Positions 38,309 through 47,793 of a DNA stretch of 64,000 nt are shown one piece after another. The notes beneath the pieces were generated by a model. The model did not search any database. It was given only the letters and a program-made list of their open reading frames with translations, and was not told the origin of the DNA. The DNA is from Leptolyngbyaceae cyanobacterium (GTDB lineage Bacteria; Cyanobacteriota; Cyanobacteriia; Phormidesmidales; Phormidesmidaceae): assembly GCA_050331235.1 (NCBI GenBank), contig JBHJHA010000019.1:32001-96000 (forward strand), given 5' to 3'. The position numbers and the translations under genes were made by a program. The stretch's first letter is position 1; the number at the start of each line of letters is the position of its first letter.

Positions 38309-39316
38309 GTGAGGCAACCACCAGTGACCAAAACACTCGGCTTAGCTTTAGGAACTGGAGGGGCGAGAGGATGGGCCCACGTCGGGGTCATTAGAGCATT
38401 CGAAGAAGCTGGCATCAAAGTTGACTACCTAGCCGGTACCAGCATTGGCGCTTTAGTCGGTGCCATTTACATGGTTGGCAAATTAGACCAGCTAGAAACC
38501 TTTGCCCAAGAGGCCAGCTTTTCGGAACTAGTTCCGCTAATGGATATTTCTTTTCCCGGCGTTGGCCTGCTTCAGGGCGATCGCGTTTATCGCTTTATCG
38601 CTGACTATGTGGCTGATCACTGGCTTGAAGATGCCCCAATTCCTTTCCACTGTGTGGCTACCAACTTTTTACAAAAGCAAGAGGTTATTATTGACGGCGG
38701 GCCAATGGTGCAAGCAGTCCGGGCCAGCATTTCCATTCCCGGCATTTTCGCACCGTTCAAGCATCAAGAAAACGTTTATCTCGTTGACGGGGGCATCATC
38801 AATCCTTTACCCATCAGCGTGGTGCGAGCCATGGGGGCCGATGTGGTAGTGGCAGTCAATTTAAACAGCGACACGACCATTGACCATGAAGACATCATTA
38901 CTCAGTCCCCTGCAGCCCACTCTGCCGAAAATCACCAATCCGAGCCTAAGCCAGTTAATGACGCTCAGTCAGCAGTCGATTCGAAATCGACCGAGGCCGC
39001 AGACAGTGCTGCGCTCGCCACTTTAGCCAACCGCTACGAAGCCTTAAAAGGGGTCCTAAATGATCAACTCGACAACTGGATTCCAGACGCTGAGACTGGT
39101 ATCAACATTTTTGATGTCTTGGGTAATTCCATCAACGTGATGGAAAAGCGCGTCACAGAAATCAATCTGCTTGTGGATAAACCCGACGTCCTGATTGATC
39201 CTCCCCTATCCGAATTTGGCACCTTTGACTTTCACCAAGCCCAAACCATCATGCCTCGCGGATATGAGGCGGCCAAGGCGATGATTCCCAGCATCCAAGC
39301 CTTACTCCAAGATTGA
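38309..39316 (+). CDS. Patatin-like phospholipase (RssA-like)
   Basis: GTGGARG, GTSIG, DGG. Confidence 0.93.
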   Translation: MRQPPVTKTLGLALGTGGARGWAHVGVIRAFEEAGIKVDYLAGTSIGALVGAIYMVGKLDQLETFAQEASFSELVPLMDISFPGVGLLQGDRVYRFIADYVADHWLEDAPIPFHCVATNFLQKQEVIIDGGPMVQAVRASISIPGIFAPFKHQENVYLVDGGIINPLPISVVRAMGADVVVAVNLNSDTTIDHEDIITQSPAAHSAENHQSEPKPVNDAQSAVDSKSTEAADSAALATLANRYEALKGVLNDQLDNWIPDAETGINIFDVLGNSINVMEKRVTEINLLVDKPDVLIDPPLSEFGTFDFHQAQTIMPRGYEAAKAMIPSIQALLQD

Positions 39317-39327
39317 GCAGCACCGCG

Positions 39328-40621
39328 TCAAGACTGGGGCTGCGTTGACGGCATGACTTTGATTAGAGCCGTGTAAATTAGCAGGGCAGACACAATGCCG
39401 TTGACGGGAACGATGCCCCAGCCAGCCTGGTTAGTGAAGTAGGCGATCGCCGATGCCACCACATAGGCGATGACGCCAGCCCCGTTAAAGGCCGGCTGAG
39501 CCTCCGTCACCGGCGGAAACTCACCCCCTCGGTGGAACCAATAGTCGGCCATAATAATGCCGCCAATGGGAGGAATAAACGTTCCCAGCAAGATCAAATA
39601 CTGCACTAGCATGGCGTAGATGCCCCCCCAAGCCAGCACGAGGGCAAAGGTCGCACCGCCGAGCACTAACAAGGTGCGCTTTTGAGTGCGAAACATGTTG
39701 GAGCCTGCAATAGAAAAGGCATAAATCGTGTTGTCTTGAGTGGTCCACATGTTGAGGAAAAACAGCACCAACCCCCACAACAAGAGCCCCTGGGTGGCCA
39801 TGACTTGAACGATATCAGGCTCACCGTAGACCTTGGCACAAAACGCTCCACTAAAAATCAAAAAGCCGTTGCCTAAGAAAAACGCGATCAACGTGGCGAC
39901 AAATCCAGCTTTGCCAGATTGAGCAAACCGGCTCCAGTTGGTCGCTTGGGTCCCCCCTGACACAAACGTCCCAACGATGATAGTAATGGCAGCGCCTAAT
40001 GGTAAGGGATCGCTAATGGACAGCGCTTGCAACCCGGCTAAACCACCGACATCACTGCCGGCGATCGCCAAACTCCAAACCATCAAAATAATCATGGCAG
40101 GCACCGCAATCCGACTCAACCAATCCATGGCCTTGTAGCCAAAATAAGCCGTTGAGCAAAAAGCATAGGTAAAGAAGAGGATGATGAGCCAGTTCCAAGA
40201 CTCTGGGACACCGGCAAGACTGTTAAGCAACTGCGCCATCAACGCGGAACCCCAGGCATACCAACCAATTTGTGTGAAGCCCAGGATAAAATCGACCCAA
40301 CGCGATCCCACTCGTCCAAAGCTAAAGCGAGCCATTAAGAGTCGTGAGGCCGGTTTCGCCAGCGATGTAGCCGAGAAACGCCGCATACAGCCCCAAAATC
40401 AGATTACCCAGCAAAATCACGCCGACCAAATCCGGCCAAAACTGAAAAGAAGGTCCCACCAAGCCACCGGCAAACAACGTTCCAGAATAGAGGGTAAACC
40501 CAGCGAGGATTGGGGCCAGCGAAAGCATCGATTTACGGGCAGACACTGGGACAGGACTCAATGGATAATCCTCAGCTTGTTTGCCAGCAGGCAAGGACTG
40601 AGAATCGCTTGTATTTGTCAT
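39328..40621 (-). pseudogene. codB: Cytosine/purine permease (NCS1, CodB-like), split by a frameshift near 40339
   Basis: 5' ORF ...GYIAGETGLTT continues in another frame as LMARFSFG...GFTQIGW, NMWTTQDN, PPIGGII.ADY. Confidence 0.85.
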
Positions 40622-40755
40622 AGGGCCTTAAAACAATTTGGTGGATGGAGCTAATGTAATTACGCTGGCGCTGAGAGCGTAGCTAGCTTTTTATCAAACT
40701 TGGCCAAGCTGTACAGTCGCATCAGTGCATCAGACGTTGGGCAATTTTGCCCGCC

Positions 40756-40798
40756 ATTGTAGGTGTAACTCACAACCAGGAAGTGTATCTTTAATGAC
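40756..40798 (-). promoter_or_regulatory. NtcA-type class II promoter upstream of the codB-like gene
   Basis: Minus strand GTCATTAAAGATAC (GT-N10-AC, 40798-40785), 23-nt spacer, TACAAT -10 (40761-40756). Confidence 0.6.
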
Positions 40799-40941
40799 GC
40801 TTGCTTGCCAGCTACTAGCAAATTCACCCGCCTGAGTCCGCCATAGTAGCCCCCATAGCCGAGGCACTATCGGCTGCGGCTAATCTTGGGCAGAATGCGA
40901 AATCGCCCTGTATTGTGAGAGAGTTAGGCGATCGCGATAGC

Positions 40942-41760
40942 ATGGCATCTTCAGAACTATCCTGTGGGCAATCTGCCCTTTTATCATCAGACCTCTTGGC
41001 CTTTTACCGCCGGGTCAGTCAGTCTTTGTTGACGGTGATTGATGTTGAGACCACAGGCTCCTTGCCCTATCGCGGAGCGCGAGTGATCGAAGTTTCCGTT
41101 TTACAAGCAAGTCTTGAGGACGGCATTTTGCACCAGGAAACCCACCTCATCAATCCTGAAGTCCGGGTGCCCGCTATGATTACTCGTGTCACTGGCATCA
41201 CCCAGCAGATGGTTTCCCAAGGGCTCTTTCCTGAAGAAGTCTGGCCAGACTGCCTGGATCGGTTGGAAACTGGCGTCTTGACCGCTCATAACCTAGAGTT
41301 TGACTATCGGTTTGTGCAGTCAGAGTATCGTCAGCTGGATTACACCTTTAGTCGTCCTCCCGCTGAGCAACTGTGTACCGTGCTGCTTTCTCGGTTGCTG
41401 CTGGCAGATTTGCCCTCTCGGAGCCTACCTAACCTAGTCCAGCATTTTCAATTTGACGTGGGACCGTCTCACCGGGCAGGGGCCGACACGCGGGCCTGTT
41501 GGCTACTGGCCGAGCGCCTTCTCAGGCAAATCCAAACGGAGGACGAAGCCAAGCTCATCCAACGATTTGGGCAGCAGTGGATTCGATTGAAAGATGCGGC
41601 GACGATGCTGGCACTTCCAGCCAAACAAACTCAACACATCCTGACAGAAGCAGGTATTGAAAGTCGGTTTTCCAAACGAAAAAACCGGCCTCTCTATCGC
41701 CGGGGAGATGTGGAACGAATTTGGCGCGATCGCTCCGGTGAACAGCTATCGATGCTCTAA
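40942..41760 (+). CDS. DEDDh 3'-5' exonuclease (DnaQ-like)
   Basis: IDVETTG, AHNLEFD, HRAGAD. Confidence 0.92.
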   Translation: MASSELSCGQSALLSSDLLAFYRRVSQSLLTVIDVETTGSLPYRGARVIEVSVLQASLEDGILHQETHLINPEVRVPAMITRVTGITQQMVSQGLFPEEVWPDCLDRLETGVLTAHNLEFDYRFVQSEYRQLDYTFSRPPAEQLCTVLLSRLLLADLPSRSLPNLVQHFQFDVGPSHRAGADTRACWLLAERLLRQIQTEDEAKLIQRFGQQWIRLKDAATMLALPAKQTQHILTEAGIESRFSKRKNRPLYRRGDVERIWRDRSGEQLSML

Positions 41761-41896
41761 ACATCGCAATGCAAGCCAACGATCTCACCATTGGCGGAGC
41801 CATGCCGCAATCATGCTGATAACCAAGCAGGAATCTGGGCAGCGGCTGATTGCGATCACCAATTCGGGCCAATGCTCTTGTTGACTCTGATGACCC

Positions 41897-43363
41897 CTAC
41901 CCACCCCCGGCAAAGAGGCCCTCTAGCTTTTTGCGCATCCAGTCGACGGGATTCTTTTCGTACTCATTGTTGATGAGCCCCAACTCTCGCAGTCGCCGCT
42001 GCTGCGTTGATAGTTCTGCTTTGTGCTGAGCCATTTTGTCCACGATTAAGTTGTAGAGTCGCGGCTGGCTCTGCAAGATTTCTTTGAATCCCTGGGGACT
42101 AATCGCAAATACTGTCGTGTCGGCAATCGCTTTTACCGTCACCGTACGGGGCACTCCGAGCATTAGCGAAAATTCACCGATGAAATCTTCTGGTCCTAAT
42201 GTCGTCGCCTGATCGAAACCTTGGAGCGAGTAGCTCACAGCCCCCGACAAAATGATGTAGAAGGCGTCTGCAATATCATCGACCCGATAGAGGATTTCGC
42301 CCGCTTCGAGACGACGGCGGTGGCCAACTTCGACTAGCTTGCGCAGTTCTACGGTGCTGCAATTTGCAAAATACGAGATATTTCTTAGCAGGTCCCGTAC
42401 GGCAATGGGCTGAGCATAGTTATCGACCTGAGGGGTGGGATCTTGATTGAGGTAATCTTGCTTGAGATAGTCCTCATAGGTCGAGGTGACAACCACATTG
42501 GGATTGCGATGCCAAACGTCATAGCGGGGAGCTGCTAAGCGGGTCTGATGCTGGCGCAGGTTAGATTCGATGATAAATCGCAGTGAACTTTCCGTTTTGT
42601 GTTTAAGATCAATGCGATCGACCCAGACCCACAGCACAAAGTCTAATGAATTTGGACTAAATCCAGTGAAATAAACTTCTGGGGGAAATTCGTAGGAAAC
42701 CGTTGTTTCAAGATAGGCAGAGTCAAGTAGCGCCTCAATCACAATTACAGGGTCACTACCGTGGGCGACACAAACGGAAATGGAGACCCAGCCTTTGGTA
42801 TTACTGTAGGTCCAGTTGATCACCTGATGGCCAACCAAACTACTGTTGGGGATAATAATATGCCGCTTAGTGATCGTACTAATCACCGTTGAGCGCAAGG
42901 AAATTTCTACAATGTAGCCGGTTAGCCCTTCCCATTCAATAAAGTCGCCTACTTTTAACTTTTGCTCAATGAGAATCGCTAAGCCGCTGGTAAAGTTACG
43001 GATTAAATCTTGAAAGCCAAATCCAATCCCAATGCCGAGACTCCCTACAAGTACGGCAATAGAGGCTAGATTGATGCCCAGGGACTGCAATAAAAACAAG
43101 CTGAGAATTGCCCCTATGCAGTAGCTCGCAACCGTAGAAATCGATTCGCGCGGGCCGGGCTTAAGACCCAGGCGCTTTAAAACTTGATTAGACAACAGCC
43201 GCCTAAAGCCCCAGGCAAAGAGCAATGCGATCAGCACAGCCATGGAAAATTGGGCGATCGCGCTCAAGGTCACAGAAGTATTACCCACCTGGAGAAAGGG
43301 TGTTTCAACAACTCGCTGAATAGCGTCGAATATCCTTTGCAGCGAACCTAGAATAATTGCCAT
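41897..43363 (-). CDS. MscS mechanosensitive channel with C-terminal cNMP-binding domain
   Basis: GIGIGFGFQD..RNFTSG, KVGDFI, IPNS; FYIILSG.V, GEFSLMLGVPRTVTV. Confidence 0.92.
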   Translation of the reverse strand: MAIILGSLQRIFDAIQRVVETPFLQVGNTSVTLSAIAQFSMAVLIALLFAWGFRRLLSNQVLKRLGLKPGPRESISTVASYCIGAILSLFLLQSLGINLASIAVLVGSLGIGIGFGFQDLIRNFTSGLAILIEQKLKVGDFIEWEGLTGYIVEISLRSTVISTITKRHIIIPNSSLVGHQVINWTYSNTKGWVSISVCVAHGSDPVIVIEALLDSAYLETTVSYEFPPEVYFTGFSPNSLDFVLWVWVDRIDLKHKTESSLRFIIESNLRQHQTRLAAPRYDVWHRNPNVVVTSTYEDYLKQDYLNQDPTPQVDNYAQPIAVRDLLRNISYFANCSTVELRKLVEVGHRRRLEAGEILYRVDDIADAFYIILSGAVSYSLQGFDQATTLGPEDFIGEFSLMLGVPRTVTVKAIADTTVFAISPQGFKEILQSQPRLYNLIVDKMAQHKAELSTQQRRLRELGLINNEYEKNPVDWMRKKLEGLFAGGG

Positions 43364-43508
43364 TGATGTAGCATCACCTACCCTTAATCATTGGTAAAAA
43401 GCGGATACGGCGCTCGGTCTCGTGGTCGCTAGAGCGGCCTTCTAACGTAGCATTCTAAAGCGATCGATAAGGATTGATACTGATATTTGCCCCAGCGAAG
43501 ATTCAGGC

Positions 43509-44387
43509 TTAGGTTGATGCAGCGATCGCCTCTAAAGCCGCTGACATAGTCTGTGGCGCATATCCCAAAGCGAAGGCGCGATCGCTGTTGAGCGAAACGT
43601 CCTGCGGTCGTGGCGTTGACAGCTTGACAGAAGACTGTAAACCCGGTCGGAGCATCGCCGTCGAGACGCCAAAACTCTGAGCCACTAGCAACCCTAACTC
43701 ATAGCGATTGAGACGTTCGCGTCCTCCCAAGTGGATAATGCCGGTCACGCCTTTGGTTAACGCGAGGGCTAATCCCTGGGTGACGTCGGCAACGACAGCC
43801 GGCGTTCGCCACTCATCGGTAAATAATGTCTGAGATTGCCCTGCCGCGATTGCTGCCAGCAAGGGCTGCACAAAACTCTGAGCCGTTGCAGTGGCCGCCC
43901 CAACCATCAGCGGCAGTCGGCAGATTGTTGCAGCTGGATACAGATTCAAGAGTTCAGTTTCGGCGATCGCCTTATGCTTGCCGTAAACATTGATCGGGTT
44001 GGAGCGATCGCTTTCGCCGTATCGCGGACTCGTCCCATCAAAGACAAGGTCTGTCGAAGTAAACATAAACGGAACTTGGGCGGCCGCACATCTTCTCGCA
44101 AGGGCTAAGGTACCAGCAACGTTAACTTGATAGCTGTGCTCAGGAAATCGTTGGCACTGCCCGACCTGGGACAAAGCAACAGTATGGATCACAGCATCGG
44201 GCTGGACTTGTTCCCAAACTGTTTGAATAGACTGCTCAGAAGTGATATCCATCGGTTGGGTCGTCACGCTAGGATACGCAACCGTTTGACGATGATAAGT
44301 CCCCCAAAGCTGCCACTGAGCCGATAAGTCTTGGCAGATCTGCCCGCCTAACAGACCACTGGCTCCAGTTACCAATAGCGATCGCAT
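43509..44387 (-). CDS. RmlD-like extended SDR oxidoreductase
   Basis: TGASGLLG, STDLVFDG, YGKHK. Confidence 0.88.
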   Translation of the reverse strand: MRSLLVTGASGLLGGQICQDLSAQWQLWGTYHRQTVAYPSVTTQPMDITSEQSIQTVWEQVQPDAVIHTVALSQVGQCQRFPEHSYQVNVAGTLALARRCAAAQVPFMFTSTDLVFDGTSPRYGESDRSNPINVYGKHKAIAETELLNLYPAATICRLPLMVGAATATAQSFVQPLLAAIAAGQSQTLFTDEWRTPAVVADVTQGLALALTKGVTGIIHLGGRERLNRYELGLLVAQSFGVSTAMLRPGLQSSVKLSTPRPQDVSLNSDRAFALGYAPQTMSAALEAIAAST

Positions 44388-44507
44388 CTAGCCCCTTCAT
44401 CCGATTCCCTACTTCGCCATGCTGCCACAGCTTTTAGACAGTGTTCAATCTTGCCAGATCGAGCTACATTGAGCCATGAGCCTGGCCTCAGCAAAGGATT
44501 TTGCCCT

Positions 44508-45872
44508 ATGAATTCTGGTTCTCAGTCTGACCGCGACAACGGCACCTCGAGCGCTGAATCATCCACCAACACCGAATCCAAGAGTTCAGGACAGCGTCTT
44601 GCAGCTAACGGCAAAGATGGCGAAACGGCGGCCTCCCTCATTGTGACCAACGAAGGCGTCGAGGCCACGCCCGATCTGTCCCCATCTGACCATCCCGGCC
44701 AGACCGCCCCGTTTGAGGAGTCTAGTTCCATTGAGAATGGGCGCACCCCCCCGCCATTATCTCCCCGTCCTCAACAAAGCCCACCAGCCGCATTAGTCCT
44801 TCTGACGGGGGTCTTGGTCACCATTCTGGGTTTAGGTTTCAATCTTAGCTGGCTCACCCTAATCGGGTCGGTGCTGACGGTCGTCATTGCTTGGGGGCTA
44901 GTCTGGCCTTCATTGTCCTACTTCATTGCAGAGCTGTCACCGCAGCAGCGATCGCTCATTATTGCGATTCCGGCTTTTCTCATTGGTCTTTATGGCCTCA
45001 GCGAAGCCGTTGGCATCAATGAGGCGATTCGCACCTGGGGACTCACCTTACGTTGGGATATCCTTAGCGCGTTTGGCGATTTTACCGGGGCTATTGGTCA
45101 GATTTTCGTGGCGTTGTTGGCATTATTCGTCGCTTGGCGACAGTACATCATTTCCCGCGATCTGACCGTTCAACAAAATCGTATTACCCAGCAGCAAACC
45201 ATTGACGCTTACTTTCAAGGAATTTCTGAGCTTGTCTTAGATGAAGAGGGTCTGCTGGAAGACTGGCCCCAAGAAAGGATTATTGCCGAAGCCCGCACCG
45301 CAGCAATTCTCACCAGTATTGACGCCCCCGGCAAGGCTAAGGTTATTCGATTTTTGTCGCGATCGCGCTTACTGACCCCTCTAAGGCGCGATGAGCATTT
45401 GGGTCGACCCATCTTAGACGGTCGTGGAGGCTATGCCGAAGATCGGGCCAAGGGAGTCCGGGTTATCAATCTGGGCGCAATTTTAGCCAACGCTGATTTA
45501 TCGCATACCGACTTGCGATGGACTGACCTCAGCGATGTCAATTTGATTCGGGCAGACCTCAGTCGCTGTGATCTTGTGCGGAGTAACTTCTCAAGAACCA
45601 TTCTGTATCAGGCCAACCTCGCCGAAGCAGACTTGATGGGCGTCAAGCTTTTTTGCGGTCCGCTGACGACTGCCTCTCCCCGTAGCCGTATCTCGCCTCC
45701 CAATTTTGAGACGGGTGAGCACACCGGCGCAGTCATCGAAGATGCTGACTTTTCTGGGGTTAAGCGCCTCTCTGAAGAACAGCGGGAATACTGTTGTCGT
45801 TGGGGGGGGGATAAGGCTCGTGCCACGATACCCGGTGGCTGCGACGGCATTCCCAACTGTCTAGACCAGTAA
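44508..45872 (+). CDS. Membrane protein with C-terminal pentapeptide repeats
   Basis: Disordered N-terminus, TM helices, QQQTIDAYFQG, ADLSHTDLRWTDLS repeats. Confidence 0.85.
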   Translation: MNSGSQSDRDNGTSSAESSTNTESKSSGQRLAANGKDGETAASLIVTNEGVEATPDLSPSDHPGQTAPFEESSSIENGRTPPPLSPRPQQSPPAALVLLTGVLVTILGLGFNLSWLTLIGSVLTVVIAWGLVWPSLSYFIAELSPQQRSLIIAIPAFLIGLYGLSEAVGINEAIRTWGLTLRWDILSAFGDFTGAIGQIFVALLALFVAWRQYIISRDLTVQQNRITQQQTIDAYFQGISELVLDEEGLLEDWPQERIIAEARTAAILTSIDAPGKAKVIRFLSRSRLLTPLRRDEHLGRPILDGRGGYAEDRAKGVRVINLGAILANADLSHTDLRWTDLSDVNLIRADLSRCDLVRSNFSRTILYQANLAEADLMGVKLFCGPLTTASPRSRISPPNFETGEHTGAVIEDADFSGVKRLSEEQREYCCRWGGDKARATIPGGCDGIPNCLDQ

Positions 45873-46024
45873 AAAGCTTGCGGGTAGAATGCAATTTCTC
45901 TGTAAAGAATAGAGATCGCTGGCATCCCCCGCAGGGGTTCTCGCTAGGCTGGGACCAAATTCATTGATCGCTAATTCTTTGTGCGTAAATGCGGCACGTT
46001 CGGAATCCGTGCCTTGAGGAACCG

Positions 46025-47692
46025 ATGCCCAAAACTAAAGCCAAAAAGAAAAAACCGGAAGCAGCTAAATCTACAAGTAAGGCACAGCCCCAACTATCTA
46101 GCAAAGAGCAGCGCAAACTAGAGAGAAAACAGGCTAAAGAGCGGCAGAAAATCATTCAGTTTGCTTCTCAGATTGCTGGCATCAGCCTTGTTTTAGCGAT
46201 TATCGGCAGTGCGATCGTCGGTCCCAAATTGGGTATTGTCGGAGGGGCTGGGGTTGCCTGCTTAGCCCTTTGTTATCGATTCCCCCGATATGCCATTTAT
46301 GGATTCATCTTCTACTTACCCATCAGCGGCACCGTGACCTATGCATTAGGCGGCAGCGCTGTGTTGCAGCTCGCTAAAGATGCCTTCTTTTTTCCAGCTT
46401 TGATTCGGGTTGTGCAGTTTTGTCAGAAATACAAACAGCCCTTGATCATTCCGCCCTTGATGAAAGTGCCACTGATTATTTATGTCACCCTCTTAGGTGC
46501 TGTCATGCTGTTTGTCAACGGCTCGCAGCAGCTCGCAGCCGATGGTGAGATCCCCATTTTACTAGGGGTTCTGGGGCTCAAGGCCCAGATAGGTTACCTA
46601 CTGCTAATGACCTGTATTTATTATCTGATCCGCACTAAGAAGGATCTGTATTTCATCCTCAGAGCGCAGGTCGTCATGATTATCATCTGTTGTGGGCTGG
46701 CCTTTTGTCAGTACTTGATGCTGCTAACAGGGATCTGTCAAGGCACAGTAGGAGAAGGAGTAGAACTCTTTAAAGCTTCTTTAGATGCACGATGCTTGGT
46801 GGGTGGTGCACTCCTGTATGCTCCCTCCCAGGGTCAGATTCGGCTACCAGGAACCTTTGTTGCTCCTTGGCAATGGGGCTGGTTTCTGATTTCTAGCGCC
46901 TTTTTTACCTTTGGCACCGCTTTTAACGATCGCTCCCTCATCTGGAAGCTGATTGGCCTAGTTGCAATGGCGATGGTATTCGTTATGGCCTTAGTTTCTG
47001 GTCAGCGGATTGCCCTGGCGCTGGTGCCCTTCACCATTGTTTTGCTCCTGGTTATGACTGGGCAAATCGCCAACCTCAAGCGATTTTTACCCATCGGGAT
47101 TGGCCTTGTGCTCGTGCTTGGCATCGCTGCCACTCAGTATCCTGACGTAGTCGCCGAACGCCTTGAGAGCTTTCAGAGCCGCTGGAGTGCTGCACCACCC
47201 CATGAATTCATCACCCATCAACTGGAATGGGCCATGGGGGAACAACAGGGCATCCTAGGCCGAGGAGTCGGTCGCGCTACCAATGCGGCCCGTATCTTTG
47301 GCTCGACTGCCCTAGTCGAAACTTATCATTCCAAAGTGCTCTACGAAACCGGAGTGATGGGCCTAATATTCATGTTGGTAGTGTATACAGCCATTCTCAT
47401 TGCCACGTTCTTGGCCTACCGGTCAATCAAAGATCCTAATCTTCGAGGTTATGGGGCCTCAATGTTTACCTTCGTTCTGTTTATCAGCTATTTCCCCTAT
47501 TACTATCCCCTTGATGTTGATCCAGTGAATGTTTATTACTGGCTCGCAGCCGGGATCTGTCTCAAGCTGCCTGATATTGATCGTCAAGAGCGTTTGCAGC
47601 AGAGCGAGACTGGAGAGTCTACCCCGCGAAAGCTAACTAAAAAAGAGTTAAAAGCATTGAAAAAGTCCCAATCGACAGTGGAGTTTAGATAG
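46025..47692 (+). CDS. hpsL: Hormogonium polysaccharide biosynthesis membrane protein HpsL-like (O-antigen ligase/polymerase-like)
   Basis: Lys-rich N-terminus, RLPGTFVAPWQWGWFL, SGQR, G.GRATN.AR, YYPLDVDPVNVYYW. Confidence 0.75.
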   Translation: MPKTKAKKKKPEAAKSTSKAQPQLSSKEQRKLERKQAKERQKIIQFASQIAGISLVLAIIGSAIVGPKLGIVGGAGVACLALCYRFPRYAIYGFIFYLPISGTVTYALGGSAVLQLAKDAFFFPALIRVVQFCQKYKQPLIIPPLMKVPLIIYVTLLGAVMLFVNGSQQLAADGEIPILLGVLGLKAQIGYLLLMTCIYYLIRTKKDLYFILRAQVVMIIICCGLAFCQYLMLLTGICQGTVGEGVELFKASLDARCLVGGALLYAPSQGQIRLPGTFVAPWQWGWFLISSAFFTFGTAFNDRSLIWKLIGLVAMAMVFVMALVSGQRIALALVPFTIVLLLVMTGQIANLKRFLPIGIGLVLVLGIAATQYPDVVAERLESFQSRWSAAPPHEFITHQLEWAMGEQQGILGRGVGRATNAARIFGSTALVETYHSKVLYETGVMGLIFMLVVYTAILIATFLAYRSIKDPNLRGYGASMFTFVLFISYFPYYYPLDVDPVNVYYWLAAGICLKLPDIDRQERLQQSETGESTPRKLTKKELKALKKSQSTVEFR

Positions 47693-47771
47693 CGGCTATA
47701 ACGAGGATCAGCGAATCAATATCGCCACTTTTCCTGACTGCCAACAGCAGTCACCCGCTAGACTATGAGAA

Positions 47772-47789
47772 GAAGTAACAGAATGTAAA
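47772..47789 (-). promoter_or_regulatory. HLR1-like (RpaB) direct repeat before crtD
   Basis: Minus strand TTTACATT-CT-GTTACTTC; candidate -10 TAGACT at 47759-47764 on +. Confidence 0.5.
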
Positions 47790-47793
47790 CATT

